A stretch of 64,000 nt of DNA, from contig CAVUVW010000015.1 of the NCBI GenBank assembly GCA_963745035.1, positions 96,001-160,000 on the forward strand, read 5' to 3'. The notes below the pieces were generated by a model. It saw only the letters and a program-made list of their open reading frames with translations, had not been told where the DNA came from and made no database searches. Shown one piece after another: positions 19,997-36,732 of this stretch; the stretch's first letter is position 1, and each line of letters starts with the position of its first letter. The position numbers and the translations under genes are program-made. This DNA is from an uncultured delta proteobacterium (GTDB taxonomy: Bacteria; Desulfobacterota; Binatia; UBA9968).

Positions 19997-20199
19997 CGAA
20001 CGTGGTATTCGCGTAGCAAGCAAAAAGTTTAAGTATGATAGTTCACAGTCAAGCCTTGATCAACTATTTGTTTTTATGACGATTTAGACTGATGTCCGTC
20101 AGTCTGCGACGCGAGGAAGCATCCAGGGCGCGAATACTTAAGCGTATGCGAATTATCCAAAAATAACGGCCGCGGTCAGTTTCGAGCTAGAAGTGCAGT

Positions 20200-21003
20200 C
20201 TAAAGCCCCAACACATCCTGCATGCCGTAAAGCCCGGGCTTTCGTTTGGCCAGCCATCGGGCGGCGCGGAGGGCGCCGTGGGCGAAGGTGTCGCGGCTGT
20301 GGGCGCGGTGGATGAACTCGAGGCGCTCGCCGATGCCGCCGAAGATGACTGTGTGCTCGCCGACGATGTCGCCGGCGCGGACCGAGAGCAGCGCGATTTC
20401 TTTGTTGCCGCGCGGGCCGACGATGCCTTTGCGGCCGTTGACGGCGACTTCATCGAGCTTCCGGCCGAGCGCTTCGGCTACCGAACGACCCAACGCCAAT
20501 GCCGTCCCGCTCGGCGCGTCTTTCTTGAATCGGTGGTGCGCTTCGACGATCTCGACATCGTAATCGTCGCCGAGCATCTTGGCCGCCTTGCCAAGAAGAG
20601 ACACGAGAACGTTCACGCCCAAACTGGTGTTCGCCGACAACAAGGTGGGCGCGTGTCGAGCCAGCCGCTTGATTTCGGCTTGCTGCCGCGGCGTGAAGCC
20701 CGTACTCGCGATCACCATCGGCGTGGACTTTTTTGCCGCGGCGCGCAGGAAGCTCAAAGACGCCTCCGGGTTGGTGAAATCGATGATGACCGCGTTGGGT
20801 TTGAGAGCCGGCTCGAGCTGGTCCGTAACCGGCACGGCGAGATTACCGGCGGCGGAGATTTCTCCCGCGTCCTTCCCCAAGCGCGCGCTTCCGCGCTTGT
20901 CGATGGCGGCGACCAGCCGGTAGTCGGCTGACTGCGCTATCGCGCGCACGACGGCGCCGCCCATGCGCCCGCCGACGCCGCAGACGATAATCCCAAGCGC
21001 CAT
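20200..21003 (-). CDS. dapB: 4-hydroxy-tetrahydrodipicolinate reductase
   Basis: GVGGRMG, IDFT, EIVEAHHRFKKDAPSGTAL, GDIVGEH. Confidence 0.97.
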   Translation of the reverse strand: MALGIIVCGVGGRMGGAVVRAIAQSADYRLVAAIDKRGSARLGKDAGEISAAGNLAVPVTDQLEPALKPNAVIIDFTNPEASLSFLRAAAKKSTPMVIASTGFTPRQQAEIKRLARHAPTLLSANTSLGVNVLVSLLGKAAKMLGDDYDVEIVEAHHRFKKDAPSGTALALGRSVAEALGRKLDEVAVNGRKGIVGPRGNKEIALLSVRAGDIVGEHTVIFGGIGERLEFIHRAHSRDTFAHGALRAARWLAKRKPGLYGMQDVLGL

Positions 21004-21884
21004 TTAGTTTTGCAGCAAGCCGAACTCGCGCATCGCTTTGGTCAGCTTTTTCAGATTTCCTTCCGCCATCGGCGTCAGCGGCAGGCGCAGGTCGCCGCCG
21101 CACTTGCCCATGAGCGATAGCGCGGTTTTGACGGGAATCGGATTGGTTTCGAGGAACACGCTGCGAATCAGCGGCATCAGCTTGAACTGGAGCTCCCGGC
21201 CCCTTTGCCAATCGCCCGCGAGGCAAGCCGAGGCGAGCTGCGCGGTCTCCTTCGGCGCGACGTTGGCGACGGTGGAGATAACCCCTTTGCCGCCGAGCGC
21301 CATGAGCGAGAAGATCAGCGAGTCTTCGCCGGAATAAACCGCCAATCGGTCGCCGCACAGTCGAATCACGTCGATCGCTTGATCCACCGAGCCGGTGGCT
21401 TCTTTGACGCCGGCGATATTTTTCACTTCCGCCAGGCGCGCCAGAGTTTCCGGCTCGATTTTCGATCCGGTGCGGCCGGGAATGTTGTAAACGATGATCG
21501 GGAATGCCGACCTCAGAGGCGACTTTTCTTGTAGTGCTGATAAATCCCTTCCTGGGTCGGGCGGTTGTAATACGGCGAGATCATCAGCGCGCCGTCGGCG
21601 CCCGACTTCTCGGCTTCGCGGGTGAGCCGCACCGCTTCGTCGGTCGAATTGGAGCCGGTGCCTGCGATCACGGGAATGCGTTTGTTGACCGCCTTGATCA
21701 CCGCGCGAATCACTTCATCGTGCTCCTTGTGGCTGAGGGTCGCCGATTCCCCCGTGGTGCCGCACGGCACGATGCCGTGGGTGCCGTTTCGCAGGTGAAA
21801 ATCGATCAAGCCCTCGAGACTCTGCCAATCGACGCCGCCGTCTTTGAACGGCGTGACCAGCGCAACCATCGACCCGCTGAACAT
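21004..21884 (-). CDS. dapA: 4-hydroxy-tetrahydrodipicolinate synthase (indel near 21520)
   Basis: [41 protein letters not shown]. Confidence 0.95.
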
Positions 21885-21923
21885 TGGAACCTCTCCCAAT
21901 CCGTCTGCGGGTTCCGTTGCAAC

Positions 21924-21944
21924 CCGAGACAAGAGACCCGAGAC
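21924..21944. repeat. intergenic 7-mer tandem repeat (dapF-dapA junction)
   Basis: CCGAGAC AAGAGAC CCGAGAC. Confidence 0.5.
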
Positions 21945-21950
21945 TCAAAG

Positions 21951-22769
21951 CTAAATCTTGACCGTGCCGTGAAACACTTCCTCCGCGCCGCCGGTCATGT
22001 AGACGCGGTTGTTGTCGCGCCAGTCGATCAACAGATCGCCACCCTTGAGATGGATCGTCACCGTCCGCTCGGTCCGTCCGGTGATCACGCCGGCGACGCC
22101 GACCGCGCTCGCGCCCGTGCCGCAGGCCCAGGTTTCTCCGGCGCCGCGCTCCCAAACGCGCATCTTCACTTCCGACGGGCTCATGATCTTGATGAATTCG
22201 GTGTTCACGCGTTTGGGGAAAAACGGATGGTGCTCGAACTTGGGGCCGAGTTTTTCCAGGTCGAGGGAGTCGATATCATCGAGGTAAAGCACGCAATGCG
22301 GATTGCCCATCGACACGCAGGTCACTTCGTAAGTTTTACCGTCCACCGCCAGCGGCCGGTTCTTGATCTCACCGTCGGCGTCCACCGGAATCTTCCGCCC
22401 CTCGAGGATCGGCTCGCCCATATCGACTTCGACCAGCTCGCCGACGATGCGCGGCCGGATGATGCCGGCCAGCGTTTCGACTTCGAGGGCGCGCTTGGTG
22501 GTGATGCCGTGATCGTAAACGTACTTGGCGAAACAGCGAATGCCGTTGCCGCACATCTCCACCTGGCTGCCGTCGGCATTGTAGATCTCCATCCTGAAGT
22601 CGGCGAGTTTGGACGGATGCACCGTCAGCAACTGATCGGCGCCGACGCCGAAGCGGCGATCGCAGAGCTGTTTGGCGATGGCAGGCAGATTGGCAATATT
22701 TCGTTTCAGACAATCGATGAAAACGAAATCGTTGCCCGCGCCGTGCATCTTGGTGAACTCTAGCTCCAT
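21951..22769 (-). CDS. dapF: diaminopimelate epimerase
   Basis: [37 protein letters not shown]. Confidence 0.97.
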   Translation of the reverse strand: MELEFTKMHGAGNDFVFIDCLKRNIANLPAIAKQLCDRRFGVGADQLLTVHPSKLADFRMEIYNADGSQVEMCGNGIRCFAKYVYDHGITTKRALEVETLAGIIRPRIVGELVEVDMGEPILEGRKIPVDADGEIKNRPLAVDGKTYEVTCVSMGNPHCVLYLDDIDSLDLEKLGPKFEHHPFFPKRVNTEFIKIMSPSEVKMRVWERGAGETWACGTGASAVGVAGVITGRTERTVTIHLKGGDLLIDWRDNNRVYMTGGAEEVFHGTVKI

Positions 22770-22780
22770 CCGATCCGACC

Positions 22781-22812
22781 TTTGAACGTTTGAACCGTTG
22801 AACGTTTAAACG
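22781..22812. repeat. intergenic 8-mer tandem repeat (lysA-dapF junction)
   Basis: TTTGAACG TTTGAACC GTTGAACG TTTAAACG. Confidence 0.7.
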
Positions 22813-22815
22813 AAT

Positions 22816-24088
22816 TCATTGCAGCGATGCCGGAATCACTTCGCCGTTGATCAAATCCTCCATCGTCTCGCGCTGGCGCACGATGTAATACTGATCGCCG
22901 TCCACCAGCACCTCCGGCGGCTTGGGATGGGAATTGTAGTTCGACGCCATCGTAAAGCCGTAGGCGCCGGCGCTCATCACCGCGAGCAGATCGCCGCGCC
23001 GCGGCCGCGCGATCTCGCGGTCCTTGGCGAAAAAGTCGCCGCTCTCGCAGATCGGGCCGACCACGTCGGCGACGATCGCTTCCGCTTTGCTTTCGACCAC
23101 CGGGCGAATCGCCTGATACGAGCCGTACAGCGCGGGGCGGATCAGATCGTTCATGCCGGCGTCGACGATGACGAACTTCTTGGTCTCGGTCTCTTTGATG
23201 TACTGGACCTCGGTGAGAAGAATTCCGGCGTTGCCGACGATCACCCGGCCCGGCTCCAAAATCAGGGTGACCTCCAAGCCTTGCAGCCCCTCGATGATCG
23301 CTTTGGCGTAGGCATCGGGCGACGGCGGCGTTTCGTCGTTGTAGTTGATGCCCAAGCCGCCGCCCAAGTCGAGGTAGCGAATCTGCGCCCCTTCTTTTTT
23401 CATCTCGCCTGCAAGCACGCGATCGAGATATTCGCGCACCTTCGCCAATGCGTCGACGAACGGCGTCAACGACGTGAGCTGCGAGCCGATGTGGCAGTCC
23501 ACGCCGATCACGTCGATATTCTTCAGCGATACGGCTTTTTTGTAAGTCTCCAGCGATCTTCTTGATGTCGACGCCGAACTTGGCCTTCTTCATGCCGGTG
23601 GAAATATAGGGATGGGTCTGCGGATCGACGTCCGGGTTCACCCGCAAGCTGATCGGCGCCTTCTTGCCGGCGCCGGCGGCGATCTCGTTGAGCGCGGTCA
23701 ATTCCTCGTCGGACTCGACGTTGAACATCAAGATGCCGGCGTCGAGCGCGTATTCGATCTCCTCTTTCTTTTTGCCGACTCCCGAAAAGACGATTTTCTT
23801 CGGATCGCCGCCGGCTTTGAGCGCGCGAAACAGCTCGCCGCCGGAAACGATATCGAAGCCGCTTCCTTGCTTGGCGAACGCCCGCAGCAGCGCCAGGTTG
23901 GAATTGGCCTTGACGGAAAAACACACGATGTGCGGCACTCGGGCAAAAGCCTGATCGAAGACTTGGAAGTGGCGCTTGAGCGTCGCCAGGCTGTACACGT
24001 AGGCCGGCGTGCCGACTTCGCCGGCGATGCGCTTGAGCGGCACTTCCTCGGCGAACATTTCGCCGCCGCGGTATTCGAAATGGTTCAT
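22816..24088 (-). CDS. lysA: diaminopimelate decarboxylase (indel near 23558)
   Basis: [41 protein letters not shown]. Confidence 0.95.
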
Positions 24089-24525
24089 GGATCACCCCGT
24101 AAAATTTCTACTTCGTTGGACGGCGCGCTCAAGGAGCCGTCGAGCAGCTGCGACGAGATCCGGTAGCGGTAAATCGCCTTGGGCCGCACTTCTTGATCAT
24201 CGTAGCGGTACTGTTTTTTTTGCGCGAACTTGCCCCGATCTTCCACGTGAACCGTGGTCAGCGGGCGATAGGGCACCGGACAGTCCGGACAACTTTGGGA
24301 AATTTCTTTGCGGAAAATCACGAAGCTCGCCAGGTCCTTGAGCGCCGTGCCGTCGACGTACTCCGTCGGCCGGTCCCAGGTGAGAATGATGCCGGTCGGT
24401 GCCGAGCGCGCGGCCAGATCGGTGATCGTTTTCGGCGTCGCAAGCTCGGGCGCCCGCGGATCGCCCTTTTTGCCGCAAGCCCATGCTGCCGCCAGCACCA
24501 GCGCAAGAACCAGGAATCGTTTCAT
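24085..24525 (-). CDS. lipoprotein with LppL/LptM-like CGKKG N-terminus and FnIII-like domain
   Basis: Lipobox AWAC followed by GKKGDP; LTW..P, CPDCP and YRYRI motifs; directly upstream of lysA. Confidence 0.65.
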   Translation of the reverse strand: MKRFLVLALVLAAAWACGKKGDPRAPELATPKTITDLAARSAPTGIILTWDRPTEYVDGTALKDLASFVIFRKEISQSCPDCPVPYRPLTTVHVEDRGKFAQKKQYRYDDQEVRPKAIYRYRISSQLLDGSLSAPSNEVEILRGDP

Positions 24526-25912
24526 CTAAACTCGCAGCTCCTTCAGCCGGCGCGCCACGTTGCGCCGCGCCGTCCCGCCCGGCGCGCGCCGGCGATCGAT
24601 CACTGCTTGCGCCGAAATATACCGATAAACGTTCTTCTCGAATTTGTTCGAAAAGCGCTTGAGCTCGGCTACGGACAGCTCTTCGATGCGCTTTTTTGCA
24701 TGGACGCAGTACTGCACGATCTTGCCCGCGATCTCATGCGCCTGCCGAAACGGCAGACCGCGCTCGACCAGATAATCCGCCACATCGGTGGCGTTCATGT
24801 AACCGTCTTGGACGGCCGTCAACATGCGCTCGCGCCGCACCGTCATTCCGGCGATGACTTCGCCCGATGATCTTCAGGCTCGACGCCACCGTGTCGACGG
24901 TATCGAAGAGCGGAACTTTGTCTTCCTGCAGATCCCGGTTATACGCGAGCGGCAAGCCCTTCATGATCGTCAGCAGCGCATGCAGATGGCCGAACACCCG
25001 TCCGGTTTTGCCGCGGATCAGCTCCGGCACGTCGGGATTTTTTTTCTGCGGCATCATCGAGCTGCCCGTGCAGTAGCGGTCCGGCAGCTCGATGAAGCCG
25101 AACTCCTGGCTCGACCAGAGCACCAGCTCCTCGGCGAGCCGGCTCAGATGGACAAAAAGAATAGACGCGCCGGCTAAAAATTCCAAGAGAAAATCCCGAT
25201 CGCTCACCGCGTCGATGCTGTTCTTCGATACGCGCGGGAACTCGAGCAGCTTCGCGACATAGGCCCGATCGATCGGGAACGTGGTTCCCGCCAGCGCGCC
25301 CGAGCCGAGCGGCAGAACGTTGATGCGCTCCAGGCAATCGCCAAAGCGCGCGCCGTCGCGCCCGAACATGTCGACGTAAGCGAGCAAGTGATGCGACAAC
25401 AGCACCGGCTGCGCCCGCTGCAAGTGCGTGTAGCCGGGCATGATCACGTCGAGGTGTTTTTTCGCCGCCCGGCCAAGCTCACGTTGGAGTTCTTGCAAGC
25501 TCGCGATGATCGTTCTTACTTCCTCGCGCAGATAAAGCCGCATGTCGAGCGCGACTTGATCGTTGCGGCTCCGCGCCGTGTGCAGTTTGCCGCCGGCAGG
25601 ACCGATCAGCTCGGTCAAGCGCCGCTCGATATTCATGTGAATGTCTTCGTCGGCCTCGGAGAACTTGAACTTGCCGCCGTCGATCTCGCGCTCCACCGAT
25701 TGCAGGCCCCGGACGATTTTGCGCGCATCCGTGGTCGAGATGATGCGCTGCTTGGCCAGCATTTTGGCGTGCGCGATGCTGCCGCGAATATCGTGGCGGT
25801 AGAGCCGGGCATCGACGTCGATGGACGCGGTAAAAGCTTCCACGGAAGCGGCGGTGCCGCCGCTGAAACGTCCGCCCCAGAGCTTGGTCTTTTTTGTTCG
25901 CGATGGATTCAA
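24526..25912 (-). CDS. argH: argininosuccinate lyase (indel near 24863)
   Basis: [33 protein letters not shown]. Confidence 0.96.
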
Positions 25913-25953
25913 GATCGATCTAGGTTTCTTCTTTAGTTGTTCGAATTTCTCGC

Positions 25954-27165
<1,212 letters not shown>

Positions 27166-27170
27166 GTCCT

Positions 27171-28134
27171 CTACCGCTGTTTTTTTGGAAGCCTTGAACT
27201 TTGAACTTTTGAACTTTTGAACCCATTAATTAACCACGCCATGACCGCCTTTTGCGCGTGCAGCCGGTTCTCGGCCTGGTCGAAGGCGACACACTGCGGG
27301 CTCTCCAAAATTTCGTGGGTGATTTCCTCGCCGCGATGCGCCGGCAAACAATGCATCACCACGGCCCCTCGCTTGGCCATCTTCACCACTTTGTCGTTGA
27401 TCTGATAGTCGCGAAAGGCGCGGCGGCGGCGCTGCGCTTCCTCTTCCTGACCCATGCTGGTCCACACGTCCGTATAGACCGCATCGGCTCCTCCAACCGC
27501 TTCCTGCGACTGATTGGGTAACGCTGACGTTCGCGCCGGCGGCGCGCGCCTTGGCGAGAATCTCGCCGTCGGGCTCATAGCCTTTCGGGCAAGCCAGCGT
27601 GAATGAAAAGGGGACGAGCGCGGCGGCCTCGAGCCAGGAATGAACCATATTGTTGCCGTCGCCGATGAAAGCGATCTTCAAGCCATCGAGCTCGCCCCTG
27701 TGCTCGACGAGCGTCTGGCAGTCGGCCAACACCTGACAAGGATGATAGAGATCGGTGAGGGCGTTGATCACCGGCACCGAGGAATAGGAGGCCATCTCCT
27801 CGAGGGTCGCCTGCGTGAACGTGCGCACCGCGATGAGATCGACCCAGCGGGCGAGACTGCGCGCGCAGTCAGCCGGCGTCTCACGCGTGCCGAGACCGAT
27901 TTCGTTGGGACCCATGAAGAATACGCTGCCACCCAACTGGTTCATGCCGATCTCGAAAGTCGCGCGCGTGCGCAGACTCGGCTTTTCAAACACCAAGGCC
28001 AGGCTTTTTCCAGCTAGCAACTGGTGTTGAACGCCGCGCTTCTGCTTGCGCTTGAGGTCGGCTGCGAGAGTGAGAATAGCGTCAAATTCGCGCCGGCTCA
28101 GACCGGCGAAATTGACGAGATCGCGTTTGTTCAT
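27171..28134 (-). CDS. argF: ornithine carbamoyltransferase (indel near 27515)
   Basis: [35 protein letters not shown]. Confidence 0.95.
27194..27222. repeat. TTGAAC tandem repeat (4 copies) in the 3' tail of argF
   Basis: TTGAAC starts at 27194, 27201, 27209 and 27217. Confidence 0.7.
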
Positions 28135-28155
28135 GTGACGAGTGCGCGCGCCGGC

Positions 28156-31632
<3,477 letters not shown>

Positions 31633-31683
31633 AAGGAATAATCACTCCTAGCAATTTCCCCAGGAAATGCAATCTTTAGAAAA

Positions 31684-31750
31684 CCGGAGCGTTGGAGTGC
31701 TGGGTTCTGCAAACATCACTGCCATTACTCCACCACTCCAATACTCCAAT
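31684..31750. repeat. hairpin built from 8-mer tandem repeats (hslV-hslU junction)
   Basis: Left arm CCGGAGCG TTGGAGTG; right arm TTACTCCA CCACTCCA ATACTCCA. Confidence 0.65.
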
Positions 31751-31789
31751 TTTTCTGGGAGCATGAAGTGCCGGCCGTGATTCGATTCG

Positions 31790-32320
31790 CTAGGACAATT
31801 CTTCAAAGGTGAGTTGGTCGTTGGTGTACACGCAGATGCCAGCGGCCACGCGCATCGCCTCTTCGGCGATCACCCGAGCATCCAACTGAGTGTGCTTCAC
31901 CAGCACGCGCGCCGCGGCGAGCGCGTAGTTGCCGCCCGAGCCGATCGCGATCACACCGTCGTCGGGCTCGACCACATCGCCGGCGCCGGAGATCACCAGC
32001 AAATCACTCGCGTCAGCGACGATCAACAGCGCTTCGAGCCGGCGTAGCACCCGATCGGTGCGCCAATCCTTGGCCAACTCGACGGCAGCGCGCTTGAGAT
32101 TGCCGTTGAACTGATCGAGCTTGGCCTCGAACTTTTCAAATAAGGTGAAGGCGTCGGCCGTCGCGCCGGCAAAACCGGCGATGACCCGGTCGTGATGCAG
32201 CTTGCGCACCTTGTGCGCGCTGCGCTTCATCACGGTCTGCCCCAAGCTCACCTGCCCATCGCCCACGACCACGACTTTACCGCCGTGCCGCAGCGCCAAT
32301 ATGGTCGTTCCGTGCATCAT
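31790..32320 (-). CDS. hslV: ATP-dependent protease peptidase subunit HslV
   Basis: [31 protein letters not shown]. Confidence 0.98.
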   Translation of the reverse strand: MMHGTTILALRHGGKVVVVGDGQVSLGQTVMKRSAHKVRKLHHDRVIAGFAGATADAFTLFEKFEAKLDQFNGNLKRAAVELAKDWRTDRVLRRLEALLIVADASDLLVISGAGDVVEPDDGVIAIGSGGNYALAAARVLVKHTQLDARVIAEEAMRVAAGICVYTNDQLTFEELS

Positions 32321-32332
32321 AAAAATATGGGC

Positions 32333-32421
32333 GCGAGCCGTGAGGCGTGAGGCGTGAGAAAAATTCTCGGAACCCCGTATGTTCTCTGCCTCATGCCTCT
32401 CGCCACAAGCCTCATGCCTTC
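32333..32421. repeat. hairpin built from 7-mer tandem repeats (xerC-hslV junction)
   Basis: Left arm GCGAGCC GTGAGGC GTGAGGC GTGAG; right arm TGCCTCA TGCCTCT CGCCACA AGCCTCA TGCCTTC. Confidence 0.65.
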
Positions 32422-33331
32422 TTCACGCCCTGCGGATGCGCCTTATCGTAGACCGCCGTCAACGCGTCCAGGTTCAAATGGGTATATTTTTGCGTGGTCG
32501 ACAAGCTCGACGTGTCCGAGCAGTTCCTGAATCACCCGCAAGTCGGCGCCGCTGTTCAGCAGGTGGGTCGCAAAGCTGTGGCGCAGGCCGTGCGGCCCCA
32601 TCTTGACCGGAATACCCGCCTGCTTCAAATGCTTCTCGACGATGCGCGCCACGCTCCTCGTCGTGATACGCGCGCCGCGGTTGTTAAGAAACACCGGCGT
32701 CTCGCCTTTGCACGCCGCTTGCCAGCGCCTGCGCTGCTCCTCGCCGTAGTCTTTGCAGCGCTTGCAGGGCGATCTCGCCGATGGGGACGATGCGCTCCTT
32801 CGATCCTTTGCCGATCACCCGAACAATGCCGAGCTGAAAATCCACGTCGGCCCAATTGAGTCCCACCAGCTCGCTCACGCGAATGCCGGTGGAATAGAAA
32901 ACTTCCAGCACCGCCCGGTCGCGCACGTCGAGGCCGGTCTTGAGCTGCACCGACCCGAGAAGCTGAAACGCGTCGTCCACGGTCAAAAACGGCGGCAAAG
33001 GTTTTTCCTGCTTGGGTGAATGAATCGGCAGCAAAGGATCTTTGTCGATCTTGCCTGCGGCAACCAGATAGCGAAAAAATTTTCTCAGCGCCGCGAGCTT
33101 GCGCCCGATGGAGCTCTTTTTGCGGTCCTTGGCGAGCGCCGCCAGATACGCGCGGACGGCGTGAACGTCGACCTTGCGCAGGTCCACCTGGTCGCCGTCC
33201 AGACAGAGCTCCCGCTCGCGCAGAAACGCATGAAATTGCCCGAGATCGCTCAGATAGTTGCGCAGCGTATGCGGCGAAAAGTTCCGCTCCTGGCGCAGAT
33301 GATCGGCAAACTCTTCTATCAGCTCGTCCAT
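32412..33331 (-). CDS. xerC: tyrosine recombinase XerC (indels near 32752 and 32508)
   Basis: [52 protein letters not shown]; upstream of hslVU. Confidence 0.9.
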
Positions 33332-33437
33332 CAAGCTCGCTTTTTCCAATCTTTCGCAGATTAGCACGACCTCGCCGATAACTAAACGACAATCCCTTGT
33401 TTCGACGCTCCGGACGGTATGCTAAACGAATAAAGAA

Positions 33438-34197
33438 GTGATGAAAGAAGAGCGCATCATTTTTTTGAACTGCCGGCAGGACCGGCTGAGCGGCGTGCTG
33501 CATCATCCGCGCACGTCGAAGCCGAACGGCGCGGCGATTCTCTGCCACGGCATGGATTCGGACAAGAACAGCGAGAAACTGGTCTTTCTCGCCCGCGCGC
33601 TCGCCGCCGCGGGCGTGCTGGCGCTGCGCTTCGATTTTACCTACGTCGGCGAGTCGAGCGGCTGCTTCGAAGAGATCACCTGCAGCGGAGAAGTCGGACG
33701 ATCTCAGGGCCGCCTACACACTCGTGCAAACTCATCGGCCCGGAAAGATCGCGCTCCTGGGATCGAGCATGGGCGGCACCGTCGCCGTGCTGTTCGCCGC
33801 CACGCAGCCGGCAATCGCCGCGCTGGTCACGGTCGCCGCGCCGCTCCATCCGGAACACTTTCCCCGGCGCATGCTGACCGAAGCGCAGCTCCGCGACTGG
33901 CGCGCGCGCGGCTTTACGACGTACAACGGCAAGCGCTTGAACGTCTCGCTGCTCGAGGATCTGGAGCGGTTGGACCCGCCGCAAGCCGCGCGCGCGGTGG
34001 CATGCCCGACGTTGGTGCTGCACGGCGCCGCAGACGCCGTGGTACCGGTCGAGGAAGCCTACGAATTGCACGGCTGCCTCGCCGGACAAAAGCGTTTGTC
34101 GATCCTGCCGGGCGGCGATCATCGGCTTTCCGATCCGGCGCTGATGCGCCGGGCGCTGGAAGAATCTCTCGATTGGCTCCTGACCCATGTCCGCTAA
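33438..34197 (+). CDS. alpha/beta-fold hydrolase (indel near 33697)
   Basis: LCHG, LRFDF..GES.G, GSSMGG nucleophile elbow, HG..D.VVP, GGDH. Confidence 0.85.
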
Positions 34198-34206
34198 GGA
34201 ATTTTC

Positions 34207-34614
34207 ATGCGAAGTTTTTGCGCTCGATCGAGCTATTCGCTGTCGCTGCTGCTTCTGATCGCCGCCTGCGGCCGCGACTCGAGCACCGCCCAGGGCGTGG
34301 TCGAAGAGTTCGTCGACCAGCACTACGTGCACATCAATCTGCCCAAAGCCAAAGCCCTCGCCGTGAGCATCGCGCTGCACAAAGTGAACGAAGAGATCCG
34401 TCTCACCGACGGCCAGAAAGTCGACGCCTCGACGCAAAAACCGCGGGTGCACTACACCTTGCTGGAAAAAAAAGAAAGCGCCGAACGCGCTTCTTTTCTC
34501 TACGAGGGAACCATTCAGTCCAACGACGGCACGTCGTTTACGCGCAAGTGGCTGATCAACGCGCGCAGGGAAGGCAACCAGTGGCGGGTCTCGAATTTCA
34601 CCGAGTCGGATTGA
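34207..34614 (+). CDS. hypothetical lipoprotein
   Basis: LLLLIAAC lipobox; AAGGA RBS upstream. Confidence 0.7.
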   Translation: MRSFCARSSYSLSLLLLIAACGRDSSTAQGVVEEFVDQHYVHINLPKAKALAVSIALHKVNEEIRLTDGQKVDASTQKPRVHYTLLEKKESAERASFLYEGTIQSNDGTSFTRKWLINARREGNQWRVSNFTESD

Positions 34615-34620
34615 AAAAGT

Positions 34621-34697
34621 AGTTCCTGGTTTCTAGTTGGCACGGCGATCTGCGCAGCACACCCGAAACTTGAAACCTGAAACTTGACACTTTGAAC
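34621..34697. repeat. 7-mer tandem repeats with a partial inverted arm, between convergent genes
   Basis: AGTTCCT GGTTTCT AGTT ... CCGAAAC TTGAAAC CTGAAAC TTGACAC TTTGAAC. Confidence 0.6.
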
Positions 34698-36014
34698 TAC
34701 GCCGGCTGGGCGCTCGCCGCCGGTGGCGCCGCTTCGCGCGGTTTCATCTTGATCTGCAACGCCAGTCCCGCAGCCATCATCGCGATCACTCCGCCCGAGA
34801 GAAAAGCGAACTGGTAGTCGCCCATCCAGGTGCGGATGGCGCCGGCGGCCGAAGCCATGATCGCCGCGCCGATCTGGTGCGACATGAAAATCCAGCCGTA
34901 CACTTTGCCGACGTTTTGCTTGCCGAAGGTGTCGGCGGTGATCGCCATCGACGGCGGCACGGTGGCGAACCAGTCCAGACCATAGATAATCGCGAAAAAC
35001 ACGAGGCCGGTAAAATCATGGACGAAGGGCAGGATCAAAAGCGACAAGCCGCGCAGCGCATAAACCAGCGCGAGCCATCGTTGCGGACTGCACTCGGTCG
35101 ATCATCCAGCCGGAAAAAATCGTCCCGACCATATTGAGCCCGCCCATGATGCCGAGCAGCGAGGCGGCCGCGATCTGCGGGATGCCGATCTCGATCTCGT
35201 GCGGGATCAGATGCGTGCCGATCAAACCGTTGGCCGTGCCACCGCAGACGAAAAAACTCCCGGCGAGCAGCCAAAAAGTCGGATGGGTCACCACCTCGCG
35301 CGCCGTGATCGTCGCGTTCTTGGCGGGCATGCCGCGCAACGAGGCCGCGCCGCCGCTCGCCGCGCCCGGCTGGCCGGCGCCGTAGGGCTCGAGCCCGATC
35401 TCGGACGGATCGTCGCGCATGAAGAGAAAAATCAGCGGCAGCAGAATCAACGCGACGATGATCAGGGTCATCGATCCCAAACGCCAGCCGGCGTACGTGA
35501 TCATCGCCATGAAGAAGGGCAGAAAAATGATCTGGCCGGTCGAGCTCGCGCTGCCGAGAATCCCCAACGCAAGGCCGCGCCGGGCAACGAACCAGCGATT
35601 GCCGATGGTAGCGGTCAACACCGAACCCACGCCGCCGGCGCCGAGCCCGACAATTACTCCCCAAACCAAAAAGAACTGCCAGAACTCGGTCATTGCCATC
35701 GTACCGCTGACGCCGACGATCAGCAGCAGCAGGCTGCCCATCATCACTTTGCGCGGCCCGAAGCGATCGATCAGATAGCCGCTCAGCGGCGCGGCGACGC
35801 CGAAAAGCAGAAGATTCATGCTGACCGCCGAGGCGATCAAAGTCCGGCTCCAGCCGAACTCCGCCTCCAGCGGATGGATCAGCACCGACGGCGACGAGCG
35901 CACTCCCGCGCTCGTTAACGTGGTCAGAAAACAAATTCCAAGAACCAACCAGCCATAGTAAAAAGGCAATGAGAGCGGCGGATGCTTCCGGTTTGCTGAG
36001 CCGTCGTTGTCCAT
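34697..36014 (-). CDS. MFS transporter (indel near 35085)
   Basis: Motif A G.LIDRFGPRKV, WF..RRGLALG, about 12 TM helices. Confidence 0.9.
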
Positions 36015-36133
36015 ATCTCGATATTCATAATCCTCTTTGGCCTAAAGCACAAACCAGCCGATGAAGAGCGACTCCCACTCACCCCGATCGCGCCTGTTCC
36101 ATTGCGTCGGATCGCCATGCTATCAATGCAGCC

Positions 36134-36694
36134 ATGAAAACTTTGCCGGCCGCTCTCGTGCTGGTCTGCGCGCTGGGCGCTGCCTCGAAAACTTCTAGCG
36201 CCGATTTTCCTGAGGAAATCCCGTTCGTGCCCACGCCGACGGAAGTGGTCGACAAGATGCTCGAACTTGCCCAAGTAAAAAAGGGTGACGTACTTTACGA
36301 TCTCGGCAGCGGTGACGGACGCATCGTGATTCGCGCGGCAAAAAAATACGGCGTGCGCGCAGTCGGCATCGAGATGGATGAAATTCTACTCAAAAAAGCC
36401 CGGCAGGATGCGGAGGCCGCCGGCGTCGGCCATTTGGTCAAGTTCCGCGCCGAGGACGCGCTGCAGACCGATCTCTCACAAGCAACCGTCGTGACCCTCT
36501 ACATGCTCCCCTGGTTCAATGAGAAGATCAGACCGAATCTAAAAAAATACTTGAAACCCGGCGCGCGCATCGTCGCCCACGATTTCGGCATCGAAGGCTG
36601 GCCGCCGGATAAAATCTTGAAACTGCCGAATGTGGAACTCAAGCCCGGCGGCTATAAGCACCAACACGTGCTTTATTTGTGGCAAGTTAAATAA
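36134..36694 (+). CDS. exported class I SAM-dependent methyltransferase
   Basis: Signal-like N-terminus, PFVPTP, YDLGSGDGRI, LKPGARIVAHDF. Confidence 0.85.
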   Translation: MKTLPAALVLVCALGAASKTSSADFPEEIPFVPTPTEVVDKMLELAQVKKGDVLYDLGSGDGRIVIRAAKKYGVRAVGIEMDEILLKKARQDAEAAGVGHLVKFRAEDALQTDLSQATVVTLYMLPWFNEKIRPNLKKYLKPGARIVAHDFGIEGWPPDKILKLPNVELKPGGYKHQHVLYLWQVK

Positions 36695-36732
36695 AACTTT
36701 GTCGATTCAGCAGATGTGACGAACTTTTACTG

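Larger units (their letters stand above)
11060..20180. mobile_element. AT-richer genomic island (glycosylation cassette) between glyQS and dapB; boundaries approximate
   Basis: Visibly lower GC and different codon usage from the flanks, carrying only surface-glycan genes. No integrase, transposase or terminal direct repeat seen. Confidence 0.6.

Noticed and set aside
32412-33331. Tyrosine recombinase as a phage or island integrase
   Set aside because: Its size, motifs and xerC-hslV-hslU context indicate housekeeping XerC.
36134-36694. Adjacent methyltransferase as the APE ApeB equivalent
   Set aside because: It is on the opposite strand, has a signal-like N-terminus and belongs to a different (PFVPTP/YDLGSGDGR) family.
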